Source: Nitrospirota bacterium (GTDB lineage Bacteria > Nitrospirota > JACRHJ01). Taken from it: a stretch of DNA of 64,000 nucleotides. The translations under genes were made by a program, and so were the position numbers. Under the pieces are notes generated by a model. The model worked only from the letters and a program-made list of their open reading frames with translations, was not told the origin of the DNA and did no database searches. The stretch is taken from assembly GCA_963733375.1 (NCBI GenBank), contig CAVTDB010000006.1, forward strand, positions 38,095-102,094, given 5' to 3'. Position 1 is the first letter of the stretch, and each line of letters begins with the position of its first letter. This document shows, piece after piece, positions 9,865 through 20,050 of the stretch.

Positions 9865-10423
9865 TTGAAAGTGATCGCAGGACTGGGGAACCCAGGTAGC
9901 GAGTATGCCGGCACCCGGCACAATATCGGGTTTATGGCGGTGGACGCCCTCGCCGTAAAGCTTTTGGGCGCTGGCTCTTACAAAAGCTCTTTCGGTGCGT
10001 TCACCTGCCGCGCGGATTTCGAGGGAGAAAACCTCCTCCTTATAAAGCCGCAGAATTTTATGAACAGAAGCGGCGAAGCAGTCGGGGAGGCAATCACGGT
10101 ACTATAAAGTGGCCCCTTCGGACTTGATGGTAATACACGACGACATGGACCTGCCCCTGGGCAGGATCAGGATACGCTCCACGGGAGGCGACGGCGGACA
10201 TAACGGCGTCGCCTCCGTCATTTCTCACGTAGGCCCGGATTTCATAAGAATAAAAATTGGGATTGGACGCCCGGACCCCCGGATGAACCCGTCGGATTAT
10301 GTCCTTTCCAGGTTTATCCAGGAAGAGCGGGAAAAGGTCGAAGAAGCCGTGGCAAAGGCGGTGGAGGCCGTGCTGGCAGTATTTAAAAAAGGTGTTCCAG
10401 CCGCAATGAACCTTTTTAATTGA
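9865..10423 (+). CDS. pth: Peptidyl-tRNA hydrolase (frameshift near 10100)
   Basis: GLGNPG..Y..TRHNIGF and KPQNFMNRSG, then HDDMDLPLG and GGHNG in the second frame. Confidence 0.93.
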
Positions 10424-10683
10424 AGATCGGCATTGTAATTAGTGCTTGATAAAATTATTCAGTTCGTTTATATTCAATCCCGCTCGTTTAGAAGCCCTTA
10501 TCATCATATTAATATTTGCATTAAATTTTTTAATTTGGAAAACCCTTGGTGAAAGAGTAAAATTCCCAAGTTTATAAAACGGCGTTTTAATATCCACATG
10601 CGTTAGGGAAGGGGGGGGACACCGCAAGAAATTTTGCCTCATATTATTTAACCGCGATCATTGAAAGGGGGTAGTTTAAAATT

Positions 10684-12796
10684 ATGGATACGAACGTTCT
10701 AATAGCTTTAGGCTGCAGCATTATCGCCGTGATATACGGCATCATCAGCATCGGCTGGATCATGAAACTGGGCCAGGGCAACGAGAAGATGCAGGCGATC
10801 TCGAAGGCCATTCAGGAGGGCGCCGGTGCATATCTTAAGCGCCAGTACACTACCATTGCAGTAGTCGGAGTAATCCTTGCGATAGTCATCGGTGTCTCGC
10901 CTGCCTCAATAGGCCTTGGGCCTCTCACGGCAATCGGCTTCGTCATCGGCGCCCTGGGCTCCGCGGCGGCCGGCATCATAGGAATGAACATATCCGTCCG
11001 CGCAAACGTCCGTACTACCGAGGCGGCGAGGACCGGTCTTAACGAGGCGATGAACGTCGCCTTCAGGGGCGGGGCCATCACCGGCATGCTGGTCGTGGGC
11101 CTTGGCCTCTTTACCCTGTCGGGTTATTTCCTCGTCCTCCAGGCGATCTCTCCGGGCGCGGTTCCGTCCGAGCTGGTCAGGCCGCTTGTCGGCCTTGGCT
11201 TCGGCGGCAGCCTTATCTCCATATTCGCCAGGCTTGGCGGCGGCATATTCACGAAGGGCGCTGATGTCGGCGCTGACCTCGTGGGCAAGGTCGAAGCGGG
11301 CATCCCCGAAGACGATCCCCGTAACCCGGCCGTCATCGCTGACAACGTCGGCGACAACGTCGGCGACTGCGCTGGCATGGCTGCCGACCTCTTCGAGACC
11401 TACGCCGTCACGATCGTCGCCTCCATGCTGCTTGGCGCGCTTCTCTTTAAGAACGCCGGGCCGGACGTTGTATCCAAGGCGCTCTCTTACCCGCTGATAT
11501 TGGGCGGCGTCTCCATAGTCGACTTCCATCATCGGCGTCTTCTTCGTGAAGATAGGCAAGAGCGGCAACATCATGGGCGCCCTGTACAAGGGCCTCATCG
11601 CGTCGGCGCTCCTTTCCGCTATAGCCTTCTTCCCCATCACAAAGCAGATGATGGGCGGGATATCCGCGACGCCCGGCCTTGAGCAGTACACCTGGGTGAA
11701 CCTCTACATATCCGCGCTGGTCGGCCTCGTCGTCACCGGCGGAATGGTTGTAATCACCGAGTACTACACCTCCACGGCCTACGCTCCGGTCAAGGCCATA
11801 GCTCAGGCCTCCACCACCGGCCACGGCACCAACGTTATTACCGGCCTTGCGGTCTCCATGAAGTCAACCGCCGCCCCGATAATCCTCATCTCGGCGGGCA
11901 TCCTGGTGGCCTTCAGCATGGCAGGGCTTTACGGTGTCGCGATGGCAGCGGTCTCCATGCTCTCCATGACAGGCATAATCGTCGCCATCGACGCTTACGG
12001 CCCCATCACGGACAACGCCGGCGGCATTGCCGAGATGGCTGATCTTCCGGATTCCGTCCGCGCGATAACCGACCCGCTCGACGCGGTCGGCAACACGACG
12101 AAAGCCGTAACCAAGGGATACGCCATCGCATCGGCGGCCCTCGCGGCCCTCGTACTCTTCTCCGCGTACACCCAGGAACTGGGCGACGCGCTCATAAAGA
12201 ACGGTCTGCCTCCGGTCACTTTCGACCTCTCTAACCCGCTGGTATTGATAGGCCTGTTCATCGGCGGCCTGCTGCCATACCTGTTCGGCGCGATGTCGAT
12301 GCAGGCAGTCGCGAAAGCGGGCGGCGAGATAGTCGACGAAGTCCGCAGGCAGTTCCGCGAGATCAAGGGCATCATGGAAGGCACCGGAAGGCCGGATTAC
12401 GCCGCGGCGGTTGACATCGTCACCAAGGCCGCCATCCGCGAGATGATGGTCCCGGCGCTCCTGCCGGTCCTTGCCCCGTTAGTCGTCGGGTACATACTCG
12501 GCCCAGTGGCTGTCGGCGGGATGCTCGTCGGCGCCATCGTAACCGGCCTCTTCGTCGCCATCTCCATGACCTCCGGCGGCGGAGCGTGGGACAACGCGAA
12601 GAAGTACATCGAGAACGGCAACTTCGGCGGCAAGGGTTCCGACGCCCATAAGGCGGCGGTAACCGGCGACACCGTCGGCGATCCGTACAAGGATACCGCG
12701 GGCCCGGCCATCAACCCGATGATCAAGATCATCAACATCGTGGCGCTCCTTATCGTTGGCCTTCTCGCTTCCGGTCACGTGCTGATCCACCTGTAG
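10684..12796 (+). CDS. hppA: Membrane-integral pyrophosphatase, probably a K+-independent H+-PPase (frameshift near 11520)
   Basis: [30 protein letters not shown]; GNTTKA has Lys at the K+-dependence determinant. Confidence 0.93.
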
Positions 12797-12808
12797 TAAG
12801 ATTAATTA

Positions 12809-12893
12809 GGCGAAACTGTAGGGGCCGACCTTCGTGTCGGCCCTTGCTTTTATAAATTGGGCGAAATGCAGGGGCCGACCTTCGTGTCGGCCC
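12809..12893. repeat. Tandem pair of GTAG-type REP hairpins
   Basis: GGCGAAA(c)TG[T/C]AGGGGCCGACCTTCGTGTCGGCCC occurs twice, 50 bp apart. Confidence 0.8.
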
Positions 12894-12922
12894 GTTTATA
12901 ATGCAGTCAGGAAGATAATACT

Positions 12923-14017
12923 ATGGGTTTCAACTGCGGCATAATCGGCCTCCCGAACGTCGGGAAGTCCACCATATTCAATGCCCTATCAAGCGCCGGG
13001 GCGCAGGCGTCAAATTATCCATTCACCACCATCGACCCGAATGTGGGCATCGTCGAGGTGCCGGACGAGCGGCTTATCAAGCTCAACGGGATGTATCACC
13101 CCAAAAAACTCACGCCTACGACCATCGAGTTCGTGGACATCGCCGGACTGGTCAAGGGCGCAAGCCGAGGCGAGGGCCTGGGCAACAAGTTCCTGGGCAA
13201 CATCCGCGAGGTCGACGCTGTCGCCCACGTCGTGCGGTGCTTTCAGGACCCGGACGTGGTGCATGTGGACGGCGATATCGGCCCGAAGCGCGATATCGAG
13301 GTAATCGAAGCGGAACTGATGCTCGCGGACTTAGACGGCGTGGAGAAGCGGCTTTACTCGCGGCAGAAGGTGGCGAAGGGCGGCGACAAGGCGGCGAAGG
13401 CCGAAGTGGAATTGCTGGAGCGCCTTAAAAATATGCTGGAGAAGGGCGAGCCGGTACGGACGGGGAATTTCAACGAGGAAGAACAGGCGCTGGTTAAAAG
13501 CTTCTTTCTCCTTACCGCAAAGCCTATCCTTTATGTCGCGAACGTCTCCGAGGAAGACGTCGAGGGGAAATCGCCGTTGGTTGCCGAGGTCAGGGAAATT
13601 GCGAAGACCGAGGGCGCGCCGGTGGTGGTGATAAGCGGGAAGACGGAATCGGAAATAGCCGCCCTTGCACCGGAGGAGCGCCCGGAGTTCCTTGAGAGCC
13701 TGGGGCTTAAAGAGCCGGGGTTAAACCGGCTTATCCGCGAGGGATATAACCTGCTCGAACTTATCACGTTCTTTACGGTGGGCGAGGACGAGGTCAAGGC
13801 CTGGACGGTAAGGAAAGGCTCCAAAGCGCCCCAGGCGGCGGGAAAAATACATTCCGATTTCGAGCGGGGATTTATCCGCGCGGAAGTAATCCACTATAAC
13901 GACCTGGTAACCTTGGGCTCCTGGCATGCCGCGAAGGAGAAGGGGGTCCTCCGGCAGGAGGGTAAGGAATACGTCGTCCAGGACGGGGACTGCATGCTGT
14001 TCAAGTTCAACGTCTGA
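12923..14017 (+). CDS. ychF: Ribosome-binding ATPase YchF
   Basis: [42 protein letters not shown] and [10 protein letters not shown]. Confidence 0.98.
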   Translation: MGFNCGIIGLPNVGKSTIFNALSSAGAQASNYPFTTIDPNVGIVEVPDERLIKLNGMYHPKKLTPTTIEFVDIAGLVKGASRGEGLGNKFLGNIREVDAVAHVVRCFQDPDVVHVDGDIGPKRDIEVIEAELMLADLDGVEKRLYSRQKVAKGGDKAAKAEVELLERLKNMLEKGEPVRTGNFNEEEQALVKSFFLLTAKPILYVANVSEEDVEGKSPLVAEVREIAKTEGAPVVVISGKTESEIAALAPEERPEFLESLGLKEPGLNRLIREGYNLLELITFFTVGEDEVKAWTVRKGSKAPQAAGKIHSDFERGFIRAEVIHYNDLVTLGSWHAAKEKGVLRQEGKEYVVQDGDCMLFKFNV

Positions 14018-14094
14018 AATAACTTGATTATTTCGCAATTACGTGGTATTAAATACATCTTCTGCCCGCATTGAGGGCGGAAATTAAAGGTCGA

Positions 14095-14181
14095 ACTCCT
14101 TGCTCCCGGGGCCGGGCGGTTTAGTTTACGCTAATAAAGCCTGTGCAGGTCCGGGGGCCAAAAAAGTCCAGAAGGAGGTAA
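14095..14181 (+). promoter_or_regulatory. Probable S6:S18 ribosomal protein leader RNA
   Basis: CTCCTTGCTCCCGG...CCGGGGGCC...AAGGAG(GT): the 5' CTCCTT can pair with the rpsF Shine-Dalgarno; position matches the known rpsF leader. Confidence 0.55.
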
Positions 14182-14188
14182 AAAGCAA

Positions 14189-14635
14189 ATGAATGACTAC
14201 GAAAGCATCTTTATCCTTGCCCCGTCGATCGACGAGGCGGAATCCGAGAAAATCAACCAGAGGATGCAGGAGGTCATTACCGCAAACGGCGGTGAGATAG
14301 TCCGCGTCGAGAAATGGGGTAAGCGCAAGCTCGCGTACCCCGTGCGGAAGCACAAGAAGGGCGAATACGTCCTCTTGCAGTTCAAGGGCGGCGCCCCCGC
14401 CGTCTCCGAGCTCGAACGCAACTATAAAATGACTGATGCGGTAATAAAGTTCCTCACCATCAAACTCGATAAAGAAGCGCTGGCGCACTTGGCAAGGCAG
14501 CTTCAGGCCCAGCAGAAAGCCGAGGCGACCGCCGAGGCCGCCAGGGTCGAAGAGAGCCGCAAGGCGGAAGAACCGGCATCCGAAGCGGTATCTGGCGAAA
14601 CTCCGGAAATCCCGGAGAGCGCATCCGGCGAGTAA
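14189..14635 (+). CDS. rpsF: 30S ribosomal protein S6
   Basis: YESIFIL, WGKRKLAYPV and ELERNYK. Confidence 0.96.
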   Translation: MNDYESIFILAPSIDEAESEKINQRMQEVITANGGEIVRVEKWGKRKLAYPVRKHKKGEYVLLQFKGGAPAVSELERNYKMTDAVIKFLTIKLDKEALAHLARQLQAQQKAEATAEAARVEESRKAEEPASEAVSGETPEIPESASGE

Positions 14636-14727
14636 TAACAGCGCCCGCCACAAAGCCGTGGACGCATTCCCGGCGCGCTGACCGTCCGGGGCGGCAAATA
14701 AAACAGGGCAGTAAAAAAAGGAAACCG

Positions 14728-15111
14728 ATGGCAAGCTTCAACCGAGTAATTCTGATGGGCAACCTTACGCGCGACCCGGAACTTCGGTACAACCCGAACG
14801 GGACGCCGGTGGCGAACTTCGGCATCGCCGTCAACCGCAAATACCGCCAGGGCGAGGAGCTGAAGGAAGAAGTAAGCTTCTTCGACATCGTGGTCTTCGG
14901 CAAACAGGCCGAGAACTGCGGCCAGTACCTGGGGAAGGGCAATTCGGTGCTGGTGGACGGAAGGCTGCAGCAGAGGCGGTGGGAGGATAAGGACGGCCAG
15001 AAGCGGAACAAGGTGGAAGTGGTCGCGGAAAACATCACTTTCATGCCCAAGCAAAAGCCCCAGGACGAGACCGCCGGAGGGCCAGTGGACGAAGGGGACA
15101 TACCTTTCTAA
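14728..15111 (+). CDS. ssb: Single-stranded DNA-binding protein
   Basis: NRVILMGNLTRDPELRY; C-terminal GDIPF. Confidence 0.97.
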   Translation: MASFNRVILMGNLTRDPELRYNPNGTPVANFGIAVNRKYRQGEELKEEVSFFDIVVFGKQAENCGQYLGKGNSVLVDGRLQQRRWEDKDGQKRNKVEVVAENITFMPKQKPQDETAGGPVDEGDIPF

Positions 15112-15120
15112 GGAGAAAAG

Positions 15121-15357
15121 ATGCAGGAGAAGAAAAAACGTTTTCAAAGGAAGAAAGTCTGCCATTTCTGCGCGGATAAAATTCCTTTTATCGATTACAA
15201 GGACACAAAGACTTTAAGAAGCTTCGTGACCGACCGGGGCAAGATAGTCCCACGCAGGATATCCGGCAGCTGTGCCAAACACCAGCGGGAATTGGCCACG
15301 GCCATAAAGAGGTCCAGGAACATTGCTCTTCTGCCCTTCGTGGGCGAGAGATTCTAG
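15121..15357 (+). CDS. rpsR: 30S ribosomal protein S18 (Cys-containing, zinc-type)
   Basis: [26 protein letters not shown] and ALLPF. Confidence 0.97.
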   Translation: MQEKKKRFQRKKVCHFCADKIPFIDYKDTKTLRSFVTDRGKIVPRRISGSCAKHQRELATAIKRSRNIALLPFVGERF

Positions 15358-15400
15358 TGGCTTGGGGGCCGGGTTTTTTCCGGCCCCCTCCAAACTTACC

Positions 15401-16337
15401 TTGCAGCATCCTTTCCATACAAGACTTAAAGGCCCCGCAGGCCCGGCGCTTATCGCGCTGGCCCTGACCGCGGCTTTTATATTCGTTCCGCTCCTTGGCT
15501 CCCTGACAGTCTTCATCCTGCCCGCGCCTCTCGCATACGCATATTACCGGCATGGCCAGGCCTCGTTTACCGTCACCTCCTTAATCGTCCTGGTGCTTGC
15601 CAGCATCTGGGGCTTCCCGGTGCTGACCTCGATGTTCCTTGGCCTTTGCCTGTGCGGACTGGCGCTGGGGAAGGCCGCGGCGAAAAAGATGACGGACGAC
15701 AAGGCAGTCTTCTGGGGGACGGTGGCGCCTCTCATCGTCCTCATCCCGTTGGCGGCCGCATATTTCGCGGTAGTCGAGGTTAATCCTATCCAGCTTTTGG
15801 CAAAGATAATAGACGAAGGAGTAAAACAGTCCCAGGATATTTATAAACAAATGGGCATGTCCCAGGCCAACATCGACATGATGATGCCATCCCTCAAGAG
15901 GATGGCGCAGATGATAAAAGATTATTTTCCCGCCTTGACTATCGCAAGTGCGGCGGCGACGAGCTTTACAGCCTGGGTAATTTTCAAGAAGTACGCCCTG
16001 AAGAGCGGCGCACAGTTCGCCGAATGGGATTTTGCCAAATGGCAGGCTCCCGGACCACCTTGTCTGGGGAATAATTGTTCCGGGCTTCCTGATGATACCG
16101 GACGTGCCCGTCCTCCGGATAATCTCTGGAAACCTGCTGTTTGTGTTCGCGATACCTTACGTCTTCCTGGGGATAGCGCTCTTAGTGCATATGTTCGATA
16201 AATACCGCCTCTCACCGTTTCTTCGCATCCTGATGTTCGTCGTCATCGCATTCCAGCCAATACTGGCGGTGCTATTATGGACGGCTGGATTCTTCGATAC
16301 CTGGGCGGACTTCAGGAAAATCAGAATCAAAAAATAG
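15401..16337 (+). CDS. YybS/DUF2232 family membrane protein (frameshift near 16050; start approximate)
   Basis: Polytopic hydrophobic ORFs 15323-16201 and 16032-16337; C-terminal GFFDTWADFRK; position after rpsR. Confidence 0.8.
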
Positions 16338-16510
16338 AAAACTGTTGCGTTAATGATACGGGATGTCCCGGTTTTTGTGGAAAAATTGCCACAGTTGTAC
16401 CCTCCACGCCACATAATTTTAATCCATTCAGGTAATTTTGATAATGGAAATACGCATTTTATGCTTAAACTATAGGCGTTTCGGGCCCATGCGCCAGTCC
16501 AGGAATTTAA

Positions 16511-16526
16511 TGGCACTAAATTTGCA
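16511..16526 (+). promoter_or_regulatory. sigma54-type -24/-12 promoter
   Basis: TGGCAC-TAAAT-TTGCA matches the TGGCAC-N5-TTGCW consensus. Confidence 0.6.
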
Positions 16527-16563
16527 ACTTCAAATAGAGTAAGGGGATTCCGGGAAAAATTGC

Positions 16564-16592
16564 TTGACAAGAAAAAAAACGAATGATATATT
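16564..16592 (+). promoter_or_regulatory. sigma70-type promoter for the porin gene
   Basis: TTGACA-17bp-TATATT. Confidence 0.7.
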
Positions 16593-16796
16593 CCCGGCAT
16601 CGTGGATTAAGCTTTTTTAATACTATTATTGGAGGTGGGGGGGAGTCGATTTCATAGTCTTATTCTTAAAATTCTGCAGGAAAGGAGGGGAGGATCTAAA
16701 CATACCAGCGCGTTTCATCCGATTCAAGCTGCACCGAGAAGTTTAGATGCATCATAGAATAAGCGGCAGGATTTTTCATAAGGGAGGAAAAATAAG

Positions 16797-18337
16797 ATGA
16801 AGAAATTAGTTTTAGTTTTGGCCATCGGCGCCATGATAATGGGCTTTGCCTCCATGGCGGCGGCGGAAGTGACGGTCGGCGGCAACGCCGAAATCCGTTA
16901 CGACCTTTGGAAGAACATCAACCTTAACACCGGCGCTTCGACCTCACAGACCACCAACTTCTTTGACGAGAGGGTGATGGTAAACGTCGACGCCAAAATA
17001 GCCGAAGGCCTTGAGGGCTTCGTCGAGTTCGACACCGACAACCAAAACTGGGGCCAGCCCAATGATGGGTTTGCTTCCAATGTCCCAACCTACCTGAATC
17101 ACCAGTTCGGCAGCACCGGCGGCGTCCAGGGTGCCGCAATCAACATCCGCCAGGCGTGGATTAACGCCATGGTCCCGGGCATCCCGGTCGGCGTGAAGAT
17201 AGGCCACCAGCCGTTAGCGCTGGGCCACGGCATCTGGCTTGATACACACAGGTACGGATCAGACGCGATACTCGTATATTCCAAGCCCATGCCGGCCCTG
17301 CTCATCGCGGGCGCGTATGTCCAGATGTCCCAGAGCGGGCCGACTCACTTGACGAAATGAACAACGGCGCGTTCAGCAGGATTCGCGCTCGTCTGGGCGG
17401 CATCACCCTCGACCTCGGTCAGGATAACGCCATACGAGCACAGCGGCGCGAATGCATATGCCGCACTGGCCAATTTCACCTGGATGGAGAACAACACCAT
17501 CGGCTTCAACGGCACCTACGTCCGTGACAATGGCTCGCTTAACGGCGTAACGCTTAATGGGCAGCGACCACAGGATATGGGCGACCAACGCCGCAATCGT
17601 AGCGGACGGCACCATCGCCGGCCTTACCTACAAGGGCGAGCTCGACTGGCTGCACACCGACACCGAGAACATATTCATCGACGGCCCCGAACTCAGCTAC
17701 ATAGTCAACGGCTATGCCGGTATGCTGGGCGCGAACATGAACGTCATGAACGTGGCGAACGTCGGCGCGGAAGTCGCATACGGCACAGGTAACTCCGCCG
17801 GCGAGCCGCAGATATTCTACAATCCGGGCGGCGCGAGCCTCGGGCGGCAGCAGGCACCAGGACCACGCGTATTACACCCCGTACAACAGCACGTCCTACA
17901 ACTACGCGTTCCTGTATAACGACAAGATCGGCCAGGGCCCGCTCGGCTCCGGCGGCGGCTTCGGGTTCGGCGACGGTTACGGCGGTTTCGGCCTTGCCAA
18001 CACCGGCTACATAAAGGTATCCGCCGGCTTTACCCCGACCGACAAGATGAAGATCGGTATCGACGGCCTTTACTTAAGGGCCTCCGAGTCGATGCTCCCG
18101 GGCCAGTCCCGCGACCTCGGCTGGGAAGTTGACGGCAACGTTGGCTACAAGCTCTATGACAACCTGAGCCTCGACGTGACCGGCGGCGTGTTCGTTCCGG
18201 GCGCGTGGTATGCCTTCCAGGGCCATGCTCCTGTTATTGCCAATGCGGCTATCCTCACCGACCCGACTGATTCTTCCAGCCCGGTCAAGAGGAACGTCGC
18301 TTGGGGCATGGAGACCAAGCTCAGCATGAAGTTCTAA
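16797..18337 (+). CDS. Putative major outer-membrane beta-barrel porin (several frameshifts, 17340-18000)
   Basis: Signal peptide MKKLVLVLAIGAMIMGFASMAAA; alternating beta-strand patterns (NIRQAWI, VKIGHQP, DLGWEVDGNVGYKLYDNLSLDV); C-terminal Phe; strong RBS. Confidence 0.75.
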
Positions 18338-18358
18338 GACTGCCGCACTATGGCAATC

Positions 18359-18390
18359 AAAACCCGGCCCTTTTGGGCCGGGTTTTTTTA
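18359..18390 (+). terminator. Rho-independent terminator
   Basis: AAAACCCGGCCC-tttt-GGGCCGGGTTTTTTT. Confidence 0.88.
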
Positions 18391-18391
18391 T

Positions 18392-18513
18392 GCCCTCACC
18401 CCCTGCCCCTCTGCCCGGAAGGCGAGGGGTTAAGGAACGCTATTATTGCAAAGCGAAAAAACTGCCTTCCTTCCCTCCCCCCTCTTAAGATAAGAGGGGG
18501 TTAGGGGGAGTTA
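18392..18513. repeat. Two REP-like palindromes (CCCTCACCCCCTGCCCCTCT...GAGGGG and CCCCCTCTTAAGATAAGAGGGGG)
   Basis: The first is a near-exact reverse complement of 47872-47918; the second is related to 5266-5303. Confidence 0.75.
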
Positions 18514-18531
18514 TGAGGTTATAATATTGAT

Positions 18532-20039
18532 ATGATCATCACCTTCGAACACCCTATCCTGCGCGCCCTTTCGGCCCTCCCGCATTTCCGCGGCGCATAT
18601 CTTGTCGGCGGTGCGGTGCGCGACCTGATCATGTCGCGTGATATCTCCGATATCGACGTCGTCGTCCCGGTAAATCCGGAAGAGGCATGCCGGGAGGCGG
18701 CCGCCGCGTTAAACGGCACGGCATTCGTCCTCGACAAAGAGAGGGGCGTATGGCGCGCCACGCTGCCCAAGGGCGCCCAGGTGGATATATCGAGAAGTCT
18801 ATTCGGGCAAAAAATCCTCCCATCTCGGGCGCATCGCATCTTTTCATCTTCGGAGCCGCCGGCTCCATAAGGATGCCGCAGGTGGGGAGGGGGTCAACAC
18901 GCCATCCTTCTCCCGCAATATTCAATGACCTCTCCGCGAGGGATTTCACCATTGATGCGATGGCGCTGCCTTTTCCGGATGGCGGGAGTGTATTAGACCC
19001 CTTCGGGGGTGCTGAAGACATCGGGAAAAAGTTGATCAGGGCACTTTCGAAAAGTGCTTTATCGGACGACCCGCTTCGTCTGATGAGGGCCTTCAGGCTC
19101 GCGCGGCAGCTTGATTTTCATATCGACGAGGAGACGCTTCAAGCTGTCCGGGAACTATCTCCGCTGATTAGCGGCATATCTCCGGAGCGTGTCCGGGATG
19201 AGCTGTACCTTCTGCTTGAGGGGACGGATTCCCACCAGCCTTTCCGTGCGATGGCCGAAGCCGGACTCTTGGAGCACGTCCTGCCGGAGACAAAGCCCAT
19301 GCGCGGACTGCCGCAGGGGGAGGCGCACCAATACGATCTCCTGGTGCATTCTCTCAAGGCGATGGAGTTTGCCGAGGACGTGATGTTCTATCCGGAAGAA
19401 TATTTTGGCGTCAGGGCGCCGGAGGTATCCAGGTATCTGAGTGAGCGGGCCGACGGCCGGCTAACGATGCGGGGGCTAATCAAACTCGCCGCGCTCCTGC
19501 ACGATTCCGGGAAACCATGCGCCATGAGCCGGGAGGCGGAGGGGGGCAGGATAAGGTTTACCGGGCACGACCTGAAGGGGGCGGAGCTAAACGAAACGGC
19601 GGCGGCGCGGCTGAAGCTGTCGTCAAAGGCGAAGGAATTGCTTTCGCTGACTGCAAGGCACCACATGAGGCCGCTCCACATGACAAAGGAGCGCATTACG
19701 CGCCACGCGATGTACAGGTACGTGCGGGACATGGATGGGCATCTGCCCGCCTCGCTGATCATTGCGCTCGCGGACGCATTCGCGACCAGAGAAAAGCCGG
19801 AGTCGGTATCCACGGACGTGGAGGGCGTGGCGCTGAAATTATCGGAATATTATTACGGAGAGTTCCTTAGCCAGGAGGAAGCGCCGCTTCTGAAAGGCCG
19901 CGACCTGATAAGCGAGTTTAAATTAAAACCGGGGCCGGTATTTGCCAAACTTTTAAATGAGGTCCGGGAGAAGAGGGCGGAAGGGAAAATCGGTACGCGG
20001 GAGGAGGCGCTGGAGTACGTGAGAGAAAAGCTGAAGTAA
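18532..20039 (+). CDS. Class II tRNA nucleotidyltransferase (CCA/polyA-polymerase family) with HD domain (frame change at 18800-18870)
   Basis: YLVGGAVRD, DIDV, RDFTIDAMA, DDPLRLMRAFR, ISPERVRDEL, LLHDSGKP and GRDLI. Confidence 0.88.
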
Positions 20040-20050
20040 CGCCGCCTCTG

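Noticed and set aside
12809-12893. Mini-CRISPR
   Set aside because: There are only two units with a ~15 bp gap; the GTAG-hairpin architecture fits REP elements.
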